Positions 40,491 to 53,944 of a stretch of DNA of 64,000 bases are shown here, piece by piece (the first letter of the stretch is position 1; each line of letters begins with the position of its first letter). Origin of the DNA: the human T2T-CHM13v2.0 reference genome, Homo sapiens; the NCBI RefSeq assembly GCF_009914755.1, contig NC_060946.1; one strand, 5' to 3'. The notes under the pieces are model-generated. The model ran no database searches and was not told the origin of the DNA. It worked only from the letters and a program-made list of their open reading frames with translations. A program made the translations under genes and the position numbers.

Positions 40491-40706
40491 GACCCTGTAT
40501 TTCTGCACATGTACATAAGTATGATGGGAGAGGGGTGGTGGTTGTCAATGCCTGACATGGTCCTGAGTGCTTCGTTGTAATATTAGTTCATTTTCCCTCA
40601 CAGCAACCATAAGGCACTTCCAATTTTGTGGCTAGTTAGTTGCAGCATTGGGGTTTAGACCCACACAGTCCAGTACCAGCTTTCCTGCCTCTCAGTGATT
40701 AGTAGG

Positions 40707-41086
40707 TGATACGGTTAGGCTTTGTGTCCCCACCCAAATCTCACCTTGAATTGTAATCTCCATAATCCCCCACATGTCAAGGCAGAGACCAGGTGGAGCT
40801 GATTGGATCATGGGGGCGGTCTCCCCCATTCTGTTCTCTTGATAGTGAGTGAGTTCTCTTGAGATCTGACTGTTTTATAAGGGGCTCTTCCCCCACTTTG
40901 CTCAGTACTTCTCCTCCCTGCTGCCCTGCAAAGAACGTGCCTCTTCCTCTTTGTCTTCCACCATGATTCTGAGTTTCCTGAGGCCTCCCCAGCCATGCTG
41001 AACTGTGAGTCAGTTAAACCTCTTGTCTTTATGAGTTGCCCAGTCTCGGGCAGTTCTTTATAGCAGTATGAAAGTGGACTAATACA
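40707..41086 (+). mobile_element. THE1C/D solo LTR
   Basis: tgatacggttaggctttgtgtccccacccaaatctcac...ggactaataca termini. Flanks are gtagg/gtaga, an imperfect 5-bp TSD. Confidence 0.92.
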
Positions 41087-41491
41087 GTAGATCGAGCAGA
41101 TAAGAATTAGGAAGATCTGGGAGGACGTGTACTGCACAGTTTGGGCAAATGGACATACCTAGACCCCCATATCCAGCACACAGAGAATATTCATTCTTTT
41201 CCAGTGTGCACAGAAGATCTGTAAGAATGGCAATACCAGCAGTTACTAGGGAGCCAGATAGACCAAGGTCTGGGTGGGGGATTAGCAGATTGAGAAGAGC
41301 ATTCTAGACTAAGCTGGGACTCCATGGTGTGGGATCACTCAGAGTGCTTAGGGAGCAGGAGTGTGGGCTGGAGCTTGAGGCTGGGAAGCTGGGTTGATGT
41401 TTGACAGCTCTGGAAAGTCTGTCCTTGTGGCCTGCACCAGGTACTTGGGCCTGATCACTCATCTCTGGTGGATTGATGCCCTTCCTGCTAA

Positions 41492-41803
<312 letters not shown>

Positions 41804-43335
41804 AAGAGACAGTCTTTTTAGTCAGGGGCATTTGGTGTTGGGGGAAAAGGCAAAACAGCTACATTTCCAGATGTGCTGGTCTTAGGGGAGATGGTCTGTC
41901 CAGCGAGTAATGCCTGGAAAGCCACTGCTGGCCTACCGGTCGTGTGAACAACGAATCGATGTCATTGGCACTGCCCTGAGGGACGTCTAAGCTTGTGGAG
42001 GGATGTGGGATGTATTTGGATGAAGGAGGGGATTCAGGAGCCTAAACTAGGTGGTGGCGGGACAGGCATTGGCGGGCAGGTGCAAGAGCACTGAGGGCAG
42101 CTGTAGACCTTGTTGGCCATGCAGAGCAAGTGCCCAGTGTGGAGCGGTGGCAGCGGTGGGGCGCCCTCCTGCCTCATTAGGGCTGCTTAGAAATGTCTGG
42201 GGTGCTTTTCAGTGGTTGCTGTCACTGGGAGATGCCGCTGCGTGGACAGCTCCGCCTGGGAAGAACCTTTGTGGCACCGCAGTAAGAAGCATTATGTAGG
42301 AATGCTGCACTTGTAGTCATCGGGTCTGGGCTCAACATTTTCCACCTGCGTGACCGTGTTAGTGACTCCAGTTGGATGGGTTCATCTTGAGAGTGAATGA
42401 GGTTGTGAGACAAGTCCTGTATTTTGTGGTGCAATGGGTGGCTTGGATCTGGCACGGCAGACCATCTGGTCAGAGGTTTCCACAGTGCAGGAGGGTGCCC
42501 AGGCTGGCTTGTGGGCAGACAGCTGTGAGGTGGGGCAGGGGTGGGTTTCCCTCAAGGTGGGACACCACTAAGTGCAGGAGTGATGACCTTGAGCCTCCCA
42601 TTTAAGCGTCATGGGGACTAATCCTCAATGTTGAGGACAGAATTTCTGTGTTTTCTTCCTGAGTTGTGTGGTAGCTTTGATTGTAAGTACTTTTAAAAAT
42701 TCAGATAAGTTTAATTTGGAGAAATAATTTCTTTCTTGTCTTTATTTTTCACTTTCTTTCCTGATTGGGCTTTCTGCCCATTTGCCTGAGTTTCACTCTG
42801 TGTGTGTCTTGTTCTCTGGGTGATGTGAGTTGGGTGGGTGTGCACAGGTTGACCGTGTGTGGGTTTCCGGGGTTCTGGCTTTCTGGAGTAACCTGGGATG
42901 TGAGGTTGGAGGGAGGGTCCTTTGTGGCTCCCCCAACCAGCTGGCAGAGTAGCTGGTGCCAGAATGAGAAGACCAGGTTTTTTTTTTTTTTATATTTTAT
43001 TTTTTTTCTACCAAGTGCACTATGAAGGTTCCAGCCAGATACTTAATTAAAAAAAAAATAATTTGGTGGGCTGTTTCTTTCAGTGGTTTCATGGATGTGT
43101 CCTTTTAATGCTATTTGGTATTAGTAGCTATGTTTCGGGGATGATTTTTAGTGTAGATCACAGAAACACACCTGGGCCGATTCCAGCTGAGGGAACACTT
43201 CTTTAAGAAGGATTGCTTTAACACAGCATGTTGGCTTCGGGGCCTGAAGATAACTGGCTTTGAGTGTGTGCTTTCTGGGCAGTGGAAGCTGCTGACCTAG
43301 TGCTATTTCAGCCCCTCCCTCTCTCTGGGGGTTTA

Positions 43336-43725
<390 letters not shown>

Positions 43726-44304
43726 TTAGGGGATTATTCTTGCACTTTTGCCAGTCTTTTCATTTCACTAACAGCACTCATGCCAAGGTTGTCGGTTCGC
43801 TATTACTTCTTGAATTACAGCTTCCATATTTGCCTACCCTGAAGTCATACTGCTACTCTTAGGTTCACTACTGAACAGGACAATTTCTTTGAGTAGAAAA
43901 GAACCATTGCCTTTTATAATTAGTCATTTACATTTCCTTTCCTTGGGGAAGAATTATTGAATTCCAAGAACTGTTTGGTGGCATGGAGGTAATAGGAATA
44001 TTGGGGAAAGTGACTAAATTATCTCAGAACTTGTCAGAGAAAAGGCCAGAAACGCAGTGGCGTCATGACTCCTTTAGAGAAAGGTCAGGAAACGGCCAGG
44101 CCCATGACTCGGGGTGGAGTGGACTCTGCCTGTGAGCAGGTATTGCCCTTCAGGTGGGGCTGGCGTGAGTTGACCATTGATGTTAATACCAGGGAGGCGA
44201 CAGGGTAGTTGGGGGAAGCCCTGTCCTGCACACTAAGCTGGGGAGATGTGTGGCTTCTTACAGTGCTTGCTCCCAGAGGGGGCCAGCCAAAGGCAGTTGA
44301 GGGG

Positions 44305-44348
44305 GGAGCCTCCGCCATGAGTTCAGGAGCCTCTGCCATGAGCTCAGG
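44305..44348. repeat. 21-bp tandem duplication
   Basis: ggagcctcYgccatgagYtca x2. Confidence 0.85.
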
Positions 44349-44849
44349 CAGCTGGAACTTAGAATGGACTAAGCCCCGGGGATGTTGTTATCTGAAAGAG
44401 AATAACAAAGGAAGGACTGGTCTGATGCCCAGGAAGTTGGCAGAGAGAAAGCGCACTCCAGCTGAGCTCTGATTTGGCATTTGTTGTATACGTCAAGAAG
44501 CAGAGTCTTCACCTGGACGGGGCAGTGGAGCGCTTGGTGGAGGCCTGGGGTGGGGGAATGAATGCCTGGAGCGCCGAGTCCGTTTAGATGTGTCAAATCC
44601 ACACCTGCCCCAGATGCCGGCTCAACTGTGCCCCTGTGGGGAAGAATCTCAGATACATGATTTCAGAGCCCCAGTCAATAAAATTGAGGACTCCTGCCAA
44701 GATTTTAGAAAGGTTTATTAAACAGAAAAGAATGTGTTAGTCACTGGGCTCTGACAGAAGGTTCATTAAGAATGAATCATTGAGCAGCAAGCAATTTAAA
44801 AATGAAAATTAAAAAATTCAATTTACAGTAGCTTTGAAAACCCTAAGAA

Positions 44850-46746
44850 TCCGTGTCGTTGCCTGAATGAATAGTTGATTCCTTTTAATTACTAAGTAAT
44901 ACTCCACCGTGTGAATCTATCACAGTTTATCCATCCTCCTGTTGGTGGCAGCCGAGGCTGTTTCTGGTCTTGGGCTGTTGTGAATAACATTTCTGTGAAC
45001 ACTCATGTCCACATCTTCTTCTAGTGGCCTGTTAAGTTCTGGCTGTTCCACGTCAGAATGCGATTTCTCCAACACTGCGTTCCCCACAGGGTCTTCATTT
45101 ATTCCGATTCTGATAGCAATCCTTTGTCAAGACAGATATTTTGAGAATGTTTGCTTCTGTGGCTTGTCACTTCATTTCATTAACAATGTCTTCTATGAGC
45201 CAACAGTTTCAACTTTGATAAAATCGAATTTATCATTTTTTTTCTTTTGTGGTAATAGTTTTCTGTGTCCTGCCTACCTCCACAATGCCAACATATACCC
45301 ATGTTATGATTGATAATTTTAGTTTTTTGGTTTTAGGTCTACAACCTAGCTTGACTTAATTTCTGTATATGGTGTAAGGAAGATGTCAGGCTTCATTTTT
45401 TCCTCTACAGATATCCTGGTGAACATAATGCCATTTGTTGAAAACAGTTTTGTCCTATTTCACTTTTGCTGAAAATTAGATGATTGTATAGGTGTGTGTC
45501 TGTTTCGGGACACACTGTTTTGTCCCATTGACGTACAAATGGATCTTAATCCAGTTCACACTGTCTTCATTACTGCAGATTTTCATGGGTTGGGTAAGGC
45601 CAGTCCTCTTTGTTCTTTTAAAAAATTAAGTATTTTTGGTCCTTTGCATTTTTATATAAAGTTTGCTTTTGCCACTTCCTACAAAAAAAAAAAAAGCCTG
45701 TTGAGATTTTGAATGAGAATATGTGGAATTGTATGTCAGTTTCCCTCATACTGACAATATTAGCAATATTGAGTCTTCTTACCCGTGAGCGTAGTGTATT
45801 TCTTAATTTATTTAGATATTCTTTAATTTATCCTCACAAACATTTTGCAGTTTTTGGTATAGGGTTTTGCTCATACTTTGTCAAATTTGTTTCTGAATAT
45901 TTTGTTTTTTTCTGACGTTCCTTCAAATGGCATAGCTTTGTTGGTATTTTTTGCTACTGATTTGTAGTAAATCAATTTTGGATTGATATGCTAGGGGTAT
46001 ATACAAATACAGTTGATTTTTGCAAGCGGACAGCTTTCCAGGGACTGCTGTAGCATAACAAATGACTCCCAAACCCTCTGACTGGAGGCAGCCATGCCTT
46101 TGTGCTCTCGGGCTCTGTGGGTCAGGATCTCTGTCAGGGCATGGTGTGGACGGCTGATTTGCGCACCATGATGTCTGGAATCTCAGGTGGTGGCTGGAAG
46201 CATCTAGACTCCCGTTCATTTAAGAGCCTGGCGCCCTGGGCCTACGTGACTCTAAGAGTAGGACTTTGGGTTGGATCGCCCACTCCTGGCCTCTCCACGC
46301 GCTGATTGTCCTCGTGGCATGGTGGCCTTGGGATAGTCAGACCTCTTGCTGGATGGTACAAGGCTCCCAGTGAGACTCTGTCCTCAAACAAGGTGGAAGC
46401 TGCATTTTTCATGACTGAGCCTCAGAAGTCACACACTGTACTCAGAAGTCATGCCCCCTGTACGCTTTTGGTGGAAGCAGTCACAAGTCTATTCTAATTC
46501 AAAGAGGGAGAAATTAGTCTCCATCTCTCGATGCCGGAGTGGCATTGGTCACCTCCTGAAAGAGCATGTGGGACAGGAGAGAATGTGGCCACTTTTGGAA
46601 AATACCCTACTTGTATCTAGTAATCTTGCTAGAGTCACTTATTATTGCTAGGAGCTTGTTAGTAGATGCCTTAGGATTTTCTGTACACGATGATGTTATC
46701 AGCAAATAAAGAGACTCTTCTTTCTTTGCAAGACAAATGGTTTTTA
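44850..46746 (-). mobile_element. Old L1M ORF2/3' relic, interrupted by an MLT1 LTR
   Basis: T-rich antisense L1 motifs: tttttggtcctttgcatttttatataaa, caatattgagtcttct, tagatgccttaggattttct. Confidence 0.8.
46040..46610 (-). mobile_element. MLT1 (G/H-like) LTR nested in L1
   Basis: gcataacaaatgactcccaaa...tctgtgggtcagga...caaggtggaagctgc...gcctcagaagtcacaca...aagcagtcacaag. Confidence 0.75.
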
Positions 46747-49042
46747 TAGGTATACCTTGGAGATATTGCATGTTTGATTCCAAACCACCACAATAAAGCA
46801 ACTATCCTAATAAAACTAGCCACACAAGTTTTTTGCTTTCTCAATGCATATAAAAGTTATATTATACTTTAATTTATTAACATACAATAGCATTGTATCT
46901 AAAAAGTGTACATACCGGAATTCAAAACTACTTTATTGCTAGAAAATGCGAATGATCATCTGAGCCTTCAGCAAGTTGTAATCTTTTTCCCAGCGGAGGG
47001 TGTTTTCTCGTCTTGACAGCTGCAGACTGATCAGGGTGGTGGTTGCCGAAGTTGGGGTGGCTGTGGCAATTTGTTAAATTAAGACAGCAATTTGAAGTTT
47101 GCCATGTCAGTGGAGTCTTCTTTTCCTGAAAGAGTTCCCTGTAGCTTGCAGAGCTACTCGATGGCATTTTATCCACAGTAGGACTTCTTTCAAAACCCCG
47201 GTCAGTTCTCCCAAGCCCTGCCACTGCTTTATCAACTAGGCTTATGGAGTGTTCTGAATCCTTTGTTGTCATTTCAACAATGTTCACAGCATCTTCATCA
47301 GGAATAGCTTCTGTCTCAAGAAACCACTTTCTTGGAGTCCAGTCATTCTGGGAAAAGAAAAGAAAAAAAAAAAGAAACCACTTTTTTTTCCTCATTTGTG
47401 AGAAGCACCTTCTCATCCATTTAAATTTTCCTGTGAGATTGCAGTAATTCAAGCACATTTTCAGACTGTTTCTAATTCTGTTGTCTATTTCCACCATATC
47501 TGTAGTTACTTCCTCCACTGAAGTATTGAACCCCTCAAAGTCATTCACGAATGTTAGAATCAACTTCTAACTTGCAGTTAATGTTGGTTTTTTGACCTCT
47601 TCCCATGAATCACAAATGTTCTTAATGGCATCTAGAAAAGCAGGTCCTTTCCACAGGGTTTTCAGTGGGCTTTGCCCAGTTCATCAGAGAAATCACTTCT
47701 ATGGCAGCTATAGCCTTATCAAGTATATTTCTCAAATAATGACTTGAAAGTTGAAATAACTCCTTGATCCATGGTCTGCAGAACGAATATGGCATCAGCA
47801 GGCATGAACACAACTTTCATCTTCCTGCATGTCTCCATCAGAGCTCTTGGGGGACCAGGTGCATTGTCCATGAGCAGGAATATTTTGAACAAAATCTTTC
47901 TTTCTGAGCAGTAGGTCTCAACAGTGGGCTTCAAATACTTGGTAAACCCTGCTGTAAACAAATGTGCTGTCATCCAGGTTTTGTTGTTCCATTTATAGAG
48001 CACAGGCAGAGTACTGAGCATGCTTCTTAAGGGTCCTAGGATTTTCAGAATGGTAAATGAGCCTTGGCTTTAACTTAAAGTCACCAGCTGCTTTAGCCTC
48101 TAACAAGAGAGTCAGCTGGTCCTTCGAAGCTTTGAAGTGAGGCATTGACTCCTCCTCTCTAGCCATGAAAGTTGTAGATGGTGTCTTCTTCCAGTAGAAG
48201 GCTGTTTCATCTACATGGAAAATCTGTTGTTTAGAGTAGCCACCTTCGTCAGTTATCTTGGCTAGATCTTCTGGAGAACTTGCTACAGCTTCTCCATCAG
48301 CACTTGCTGCCTCACCTTGTACTTTTATGCTATGGAGACGGCTTCTTTCCTTAAACCTGATGAACTGACCTCTGCTAGCTTCCACCCTTTCTTCTGTAAC
48401 TTCCTCACTTCTCTCAGCCTTCATAGAATTAAAGAGAATTAGGGTCTTGCTCTGGATTAGGCTTTGGCTTAGGAGAATGTGTAGCTGTTTGGATCTTCTA
48501 TCCAGACCGCTGAAACTTTGTCCACATCAGCAAGAAGCCTGTTTTGCCTTCTTAACATTCGTGTGTTCACTGGAGTAACACTTTTAATTTCCTTCAAGAA
48601 CTTTTCCTTTGCATTCACAACCTGGCTGTTTGGCAAAAAAAAAAGGCCTACTTTTGGCTTGTCTCAGCTTTTTGCATGCCTTCCTCACCAAGCGTAATCT
48701 TTCTGGCTTTTGATTTAAAGTGAGAGAATGTGCGACTCTTTCTTTATTTGAACACTTGACTTAACCCATTGTAGGGTTCTTACTTGGCCTAATATCAATC
48801 TTGTTGTGTCTCAGAAAATAGGAAGGCCCGAGGAGAGGGAGAGAGATGGGGAACTGCCGGTCAGCGGGGCAGTTGGAACACACACAAAACATTTATTAAG
48901 TTTGCTGTCTTAAATGGCATGGTTTGTGGTACCCTAAAACAATTATGATAGTAACATCAAAGATCACTCATCACAGATCCCCATAAAAGATCATAATGAA
49001 AAAGTTTGAAATATTAAGAGAATTGCCAAAATGTGACAGAGT

Positions 49043-49045
<3 letters not shown>
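46747..49045 (-). mobile_element. Near-full-length Tigger1 (Tc1/mariner-pogo) DNA transposon; one TIR preserved, 5' terminus lost
   Basis: A TA followed by taggtataccttggagatattgc (3' TIR). Transposase peptides appear in the ORF track. Confidence 0.93.
46928..48760 (-). pseudogene. Decayed Tigger1 DDE transposase (frameshifted, with stops)
   Basis: ORFs 47993..48424 ([28 protein letters not shown]...[14 protein letters not shown]), 47719..48021 (LLMDNAPGPP...MDQGVISTFKS) and 46928..47563 lie in different frames. The upstream boundary is approximate. Confidence 0.88.
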
Positions 49046-49386
<341 letters not shown>

Positions 49387-49624
49387 GCAAAATGTAAGTT
49401 TTATTTAAAATGAACTCTTATAGATAGTTTATTCTTGCAACTTGCTTTCTTAACTTTTTAGTGTATGTTTAGACCACATATATATTCATCTAATCTGTCC
49501 AACCTAATTATTTATACGGTTGGGGTTTAGGTTGCCATTTTCCTATTTACTTTCATCTTTTCTTATTTGTTCTTTTTTCCCTACCTTCTTTGGATGAATT
49601 GATTATTTTTTTCAATTAATGGAG

Positions 49625-50032
49625 TTTGGTTTTTTTAGAGCAGTTTTAGCTTTCCAGAAAAATTGAGCAGGAGGTTAGAGAGGCCCCATGTGCTCCTCAG
49701 CGTCCTCCTTCAGCCCCAGCCTCCCTGTGATTAGTATCTCACATCACTGACTTCAGTGTGGCATATGTGTTACAATTGAGGAGCCAATATCGATACATTA
49801 TTGTCAACTAAAGTCCACAGTTTACACCAGTTGTAGGCCGTGGGTTTTGAAAGGTGTGCAGTGACATGAGTCCACCAAGAAAGTGTCGCACAGTGTCGTC
49901 CCCTGCCCTGAACACCCTCGTGCCCCGCCTGTTCATCCCCTTCCACCCAACCCCTGGGCTTTTTACTGTCTCCATAGTTTCACCTTTGCCAGAATGTGAC
50001 TTAGTTGAAATCCTGCAGTTGGAACCTTTTCA
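49625..50032 (-). mobile_element. L1MC-type 3' end
   Basis: ttttagagcagttttag...aaattgagcag...gttacaattgaggagccaatatcgatacattatt...tttttactgtctccatagttt. Confidence 0.85.
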
Positions 50033-50599
50033 TCCCACTGCTCCTGCTGCGGTGGCTTCTCTCCCCGTTGGCTTGCTGGCTGTCTCCCTCCCGCGCCGGC
50101 GTTCGTGACGGCTCTGCTCCTCGCCGTGTGCGTCTGGAAGTGACCATGGATGGCCTCCTCCTGCTGGTGTGCCGCTTTACTCTGCTGGTTGGCCCGTGTC
50201 TGAAGACAAGGGACAGTCACGTTTCCAGTGGTTTACAGAGGCACTGGTTCCTCTGGCCTGGCTGGGTTGGGAGCCTTCAGCCTTAAACCACTGTTTGATG
50301 GCTGACACATCATGGAAGGTGCGGAATTAGGGGGAGGTTGGGTTTGCACTCTATATGGGCATTGTCTTAGGTTCTTTTAGACACAGTAACTCAGTACCGC
50401 CTGTGCCCTTGTGATGGAGCCCTTCCTCTCTCCATTTCACAGATGGGAACACAGAAGATCAGAGAAATGAACCTGGCAGGTAGGAAAGCAGGGGGTTTGG
50501 TTAAACAAGGCTGCATAGAATCTGACACATTTGTGCTCTGAGGGTGCTTTCTGAGAACATGCTGCCGAGCCCCGTCCTTGGCCCTGCCCTTCCCTCCTC

Positions 50600-50800
50600 T
50601 TGGCAGAGACTGTAGTGAAGACGTCAAGGGGATCCGTTTAACCAGTGCCTCTCAGCTGGGAGGGATAGCGAATGTGATAGATGGCACAATCAAGATTCAG
50701 AATGGGTTCAGCTGCCTGCAGTGCCAGCCGGGAACCAATCAAATGAATGAGCTAATAAGAACAAATGGCAAGTCCTACGTTCAGGTGCATGAGCCGAGCA
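50600..50800 (+). mobile_element. L3/CR1 LINE reverse-transcriptase relic
   Basis: The peptide SQLGGIANVIDGTIKIQNG...TNQM (ORF 50578..50901), followed by aacaaatggcaagtcctac, resembles the CR1 RT segment TKLGG..IQ.DL..L..W...N.M.FN..KCKVL. Confidence 0.7.
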
Positions 50801-51401
50801 GTCAGCTCAGCAGAAGGCAGTGTGGACAGTTGGGGTTCACTTTGTCTTCCGTGGGAAGCGCGTGTAGTCACTTTGCCTGGATTACGGCAGTTGCCTCGTG
50901 AATGATACCCCTCCATCCTCATTTGGCTCATTCCATTGTTTCTACATCATCTTTCCGTGGTGCAAATCTCTTACCTGCAGTGGCCTCCATTTGCATTTCA
51001 TTACCTGCGTTTGAGAGCATTGCCTGGGTCTCACCGCTGACTCCGACGTGGCCTTCCAGCCTCGGAACGGTCTCCTCTTGCCTCAGCCGCAGCTTGCTCG
51101 CTGCCCTCCAGCTGCCCTGGCCTCCATTTCATTTCTGGGATGTGACATGCTCCCTCGGGCCGCCGGGGCTCTGCTGCATGGTGCCTGAACCCTCTCTCTC
51201 ATCTCTGCTCAGACCTCACACCCTCCAAGTGGTCTTCCAGGACCAGCCCTGGTTCTGTGCTATGATGGTGTGGCCACCCAGGTCCTCGTTAGCAGTCAAT
51301 GTGCACTTGCCTGGCGAGTGATGAACATTGGCTCAGCTGTCAGACTGTCATCCCTGTGAACAGAAGGGTCCTGTCTGCCTGTCCACTTTTCTCCCTGTCT
51401 G

Positions 51402-51892
51402 TGTCAGGGGATCCCAAGACGACCCCACAGAGCCACACTCGTGGCTGTGATTCTTCACAGTGCAAGGATGCAGAGGAGACTCCATCAAGGGGTAAAGTCC
51501 AGAGGAAGCGGTATAAGCTTCCAAGCCCCCTCCTGGCGGAGTCACACAGGACACGCTGGATCCCTCCAGTGCGGGGCTGGGACGACCCGTCCGAAACGTT
51601 GCCTGCTGGGGAAGCACATTAGAGACTCAGCACCGAGGATGTTACTGGGGACTGGGCATGCGGACACTCTCTGCTTGGCATGTGCCCAAATGCAGCCTCC
51701 CAGGAGGAGAGCAGGTGCCCAGGGTGAACCACCCTGCACAGTGTAGGCCCGCCGAGTCATCCAGATCAGTCAGGGAATCGTGGGAACTCTCCTGAAACCC
51801 ACATTCTAGGCACCGGCCGGGGACCGGCCTTGCAAGCAGGACTCTCCGGGGATAGCATTCCCAGGCCTGCGTGTTTGACTCCTTCGCACACA
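51402..51892 (-). mobile_element. MER68-like (ERVL) LTR
   Basis: The reverse complement begins tgtgtgcgaaggagtcaaacacgcaggcctgggaatgctatcc...ctgcttgcaaggccgg. The other end is tgtcaggggatcccaagacgaccc. Confidence 0.7.
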
Positions 51893-53944
51893 TCGATACT
51901 CAGGACTTGATTTTCTGGCACGTAGGAGGCTTTCAGAGTTGAACAGATGAAAGAACTAGTATCTGATGTGGTTCTGCCTTCCGCTGGACTGATGCGTTAA
52001 TGGCTTTAATGTATTAATGGCTGACAGTGGAGTGCAGCTGTGACAGGAGGCTTCCTAGCTCTGTCCTTGCGTGGTCAGAGCCCAGCTTCTGTGTTCAGGG
52101 CTGGTGGCCAGGGGCCCCCGAGAGGATGTGGAAGGGAGTCTTAAGAGTTGAAGGAAATGGAAGTCTCTCAGGCCATTGCTTGCAGAAAAGACTTCCCGAG
52201 GTGTTTCAGAGGCAGGTCAAGGCCTGGGCGTGGAAGGCACATTTGGTTTCAATGTGGGGAAGACACTATGTTACGGTGAAATTAGCCTGGAAAGAAGAGG
52301 CTGGACTTTGTGGGGAGGTGGATCCCTGGTCCAGGTGGAAGAGCACTTTGTCAGAGAGGCAGGAGGGAGTCTAACTTCTCCGTGAGCTGGCAGGTTTGAC
52401 TCTGGGTACTTCCAGGTGAGCTGATAGGAATTTATATTTCGACTCTTCTCTAAAATGCTCCCTAAGAAAATTTTATTCTACTTTTCTTCCAAAAAGTGCA
52501 GAAAGTGTTATTTGTTATCGGGAAGAGTGTGATGTTGTAATGGCAACAGGTGTAAGGCAAGCTGAGCGTATTTTTAAAAATTTATATTCACAGACTTCAC
52601 CTTCTGTGAAACATTTCACAACAGATCGTTGTCTTCAGCCCTTCCTCTCTTCCCTCTGATGCATATGTTTTATAAATTATATCCTTTTTTAAAGATACCA
52701 GATCTCAATTGGAAAGGACATGCATACTTACTTTTTATGAAGGGAATAATGTTAATATTATTACTAATGACATTTTTATAAGTGTAGAGGATTCTTGCTT
52801 AGTTCCTGTTTTGCTGCCCAGGTACGTGTTCACCAGCACAGGTGATCTGGGTGCCAGGTGTGGGAGGCGGGGTGCTGGGCTGGGGTGTCCCGAGGGCAAA
52901 TCTGGTTTCTGGGCCTTAAGCAGACAGAGCCTGTGATCTACCCAGGGGCCTTGGTGCAGCCTGCGGGCAGCTGCTGGGAGGGCCTGGGCGGTCAGTGCCT
53001 CCCTGGGACAGGCTGCTGCGAGGGCCATGGGACATTCTTTTCTCCCTCCTTTCCTCAGCCACCTGGCTCTGGATTCCTTGGCCACGGTGTCTGCCTCCTT
53101 AGAGTGCCCTTGAAGGCTTCCTGGCCCCAGAGCGGGGCCTTCTGCAGGCTGGGCTCACCTCCCGAGCCAGGAGCCAGGAGGGCCCAGACCGACCCCCCTG
53201 TGTCTTAGCCTTGGCGCCTCGCCCTCGGGGGGTGGGGCCGGGCGTCCCTGCTACAGCCTTCTGAAGGCTGGCCTTCTCCGCCCCTAGCCTGAAGCCAGAA
53301 TGCCGAGGCCATAGCTGTCAGTCTTTGCAGGTCTTTCAAAATGCAAACATTTTCTCTTTCAAAATGCAGACCTTTTCGTTATTGGCTCTCAGGTGTCATT
53401 CTTTTTTTTTAATTGTTTGGATTTCTGAGAATACGTCTTCCCTACCTGGGTTTTGAACAAATTGAGAAATAAAACAAAACTGTGCCAGATGGAGGCAAAG
53501 AATAACTTTTATTTCTGCTAACTGAGAGCCTAAAATCCTGTCTTAGTGGGAGAGCCACCGAATGGCTGACTGATCCCAGGACCCATCAGGCTCACCCACC
53601 CCATCAGAGCCAGTGTTGAGGGCCGGGCCCTGCCCACCTGCTGTGGAGCCTCTTGAGAAGTGCAAGGGGCTGAACCCACCTTCGCCTCTCCCCGTTTTGG
53701 CCTCCATGGGGCGAGCATTTCTGCGGCTAGAGCAAGTCCAGGAGAGGCAGCAGCTGCGCTCCAAGCTGACTCCAGGTCTGTCTGTTATTCACATAACCAT
53801 CAGGGACCTGGACAGCCAGGGACGTGGCCTCTCTTGGAGTGGAAGAGATCGCAGTCCCTCAGGACAGACCAATGGGGTGGTTAGAATGTGCTCCCCATGG
53901 CTCCGGAATTTGTCGGAATAGGACATTCATTAAATAATCTTAGG

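Noticed and set aside
46928-48424. Possible functional TIGD-like transposase gene
   Set aside because: Multiple frameshifts and stops, a disrupting insertion and a missing 5' end.
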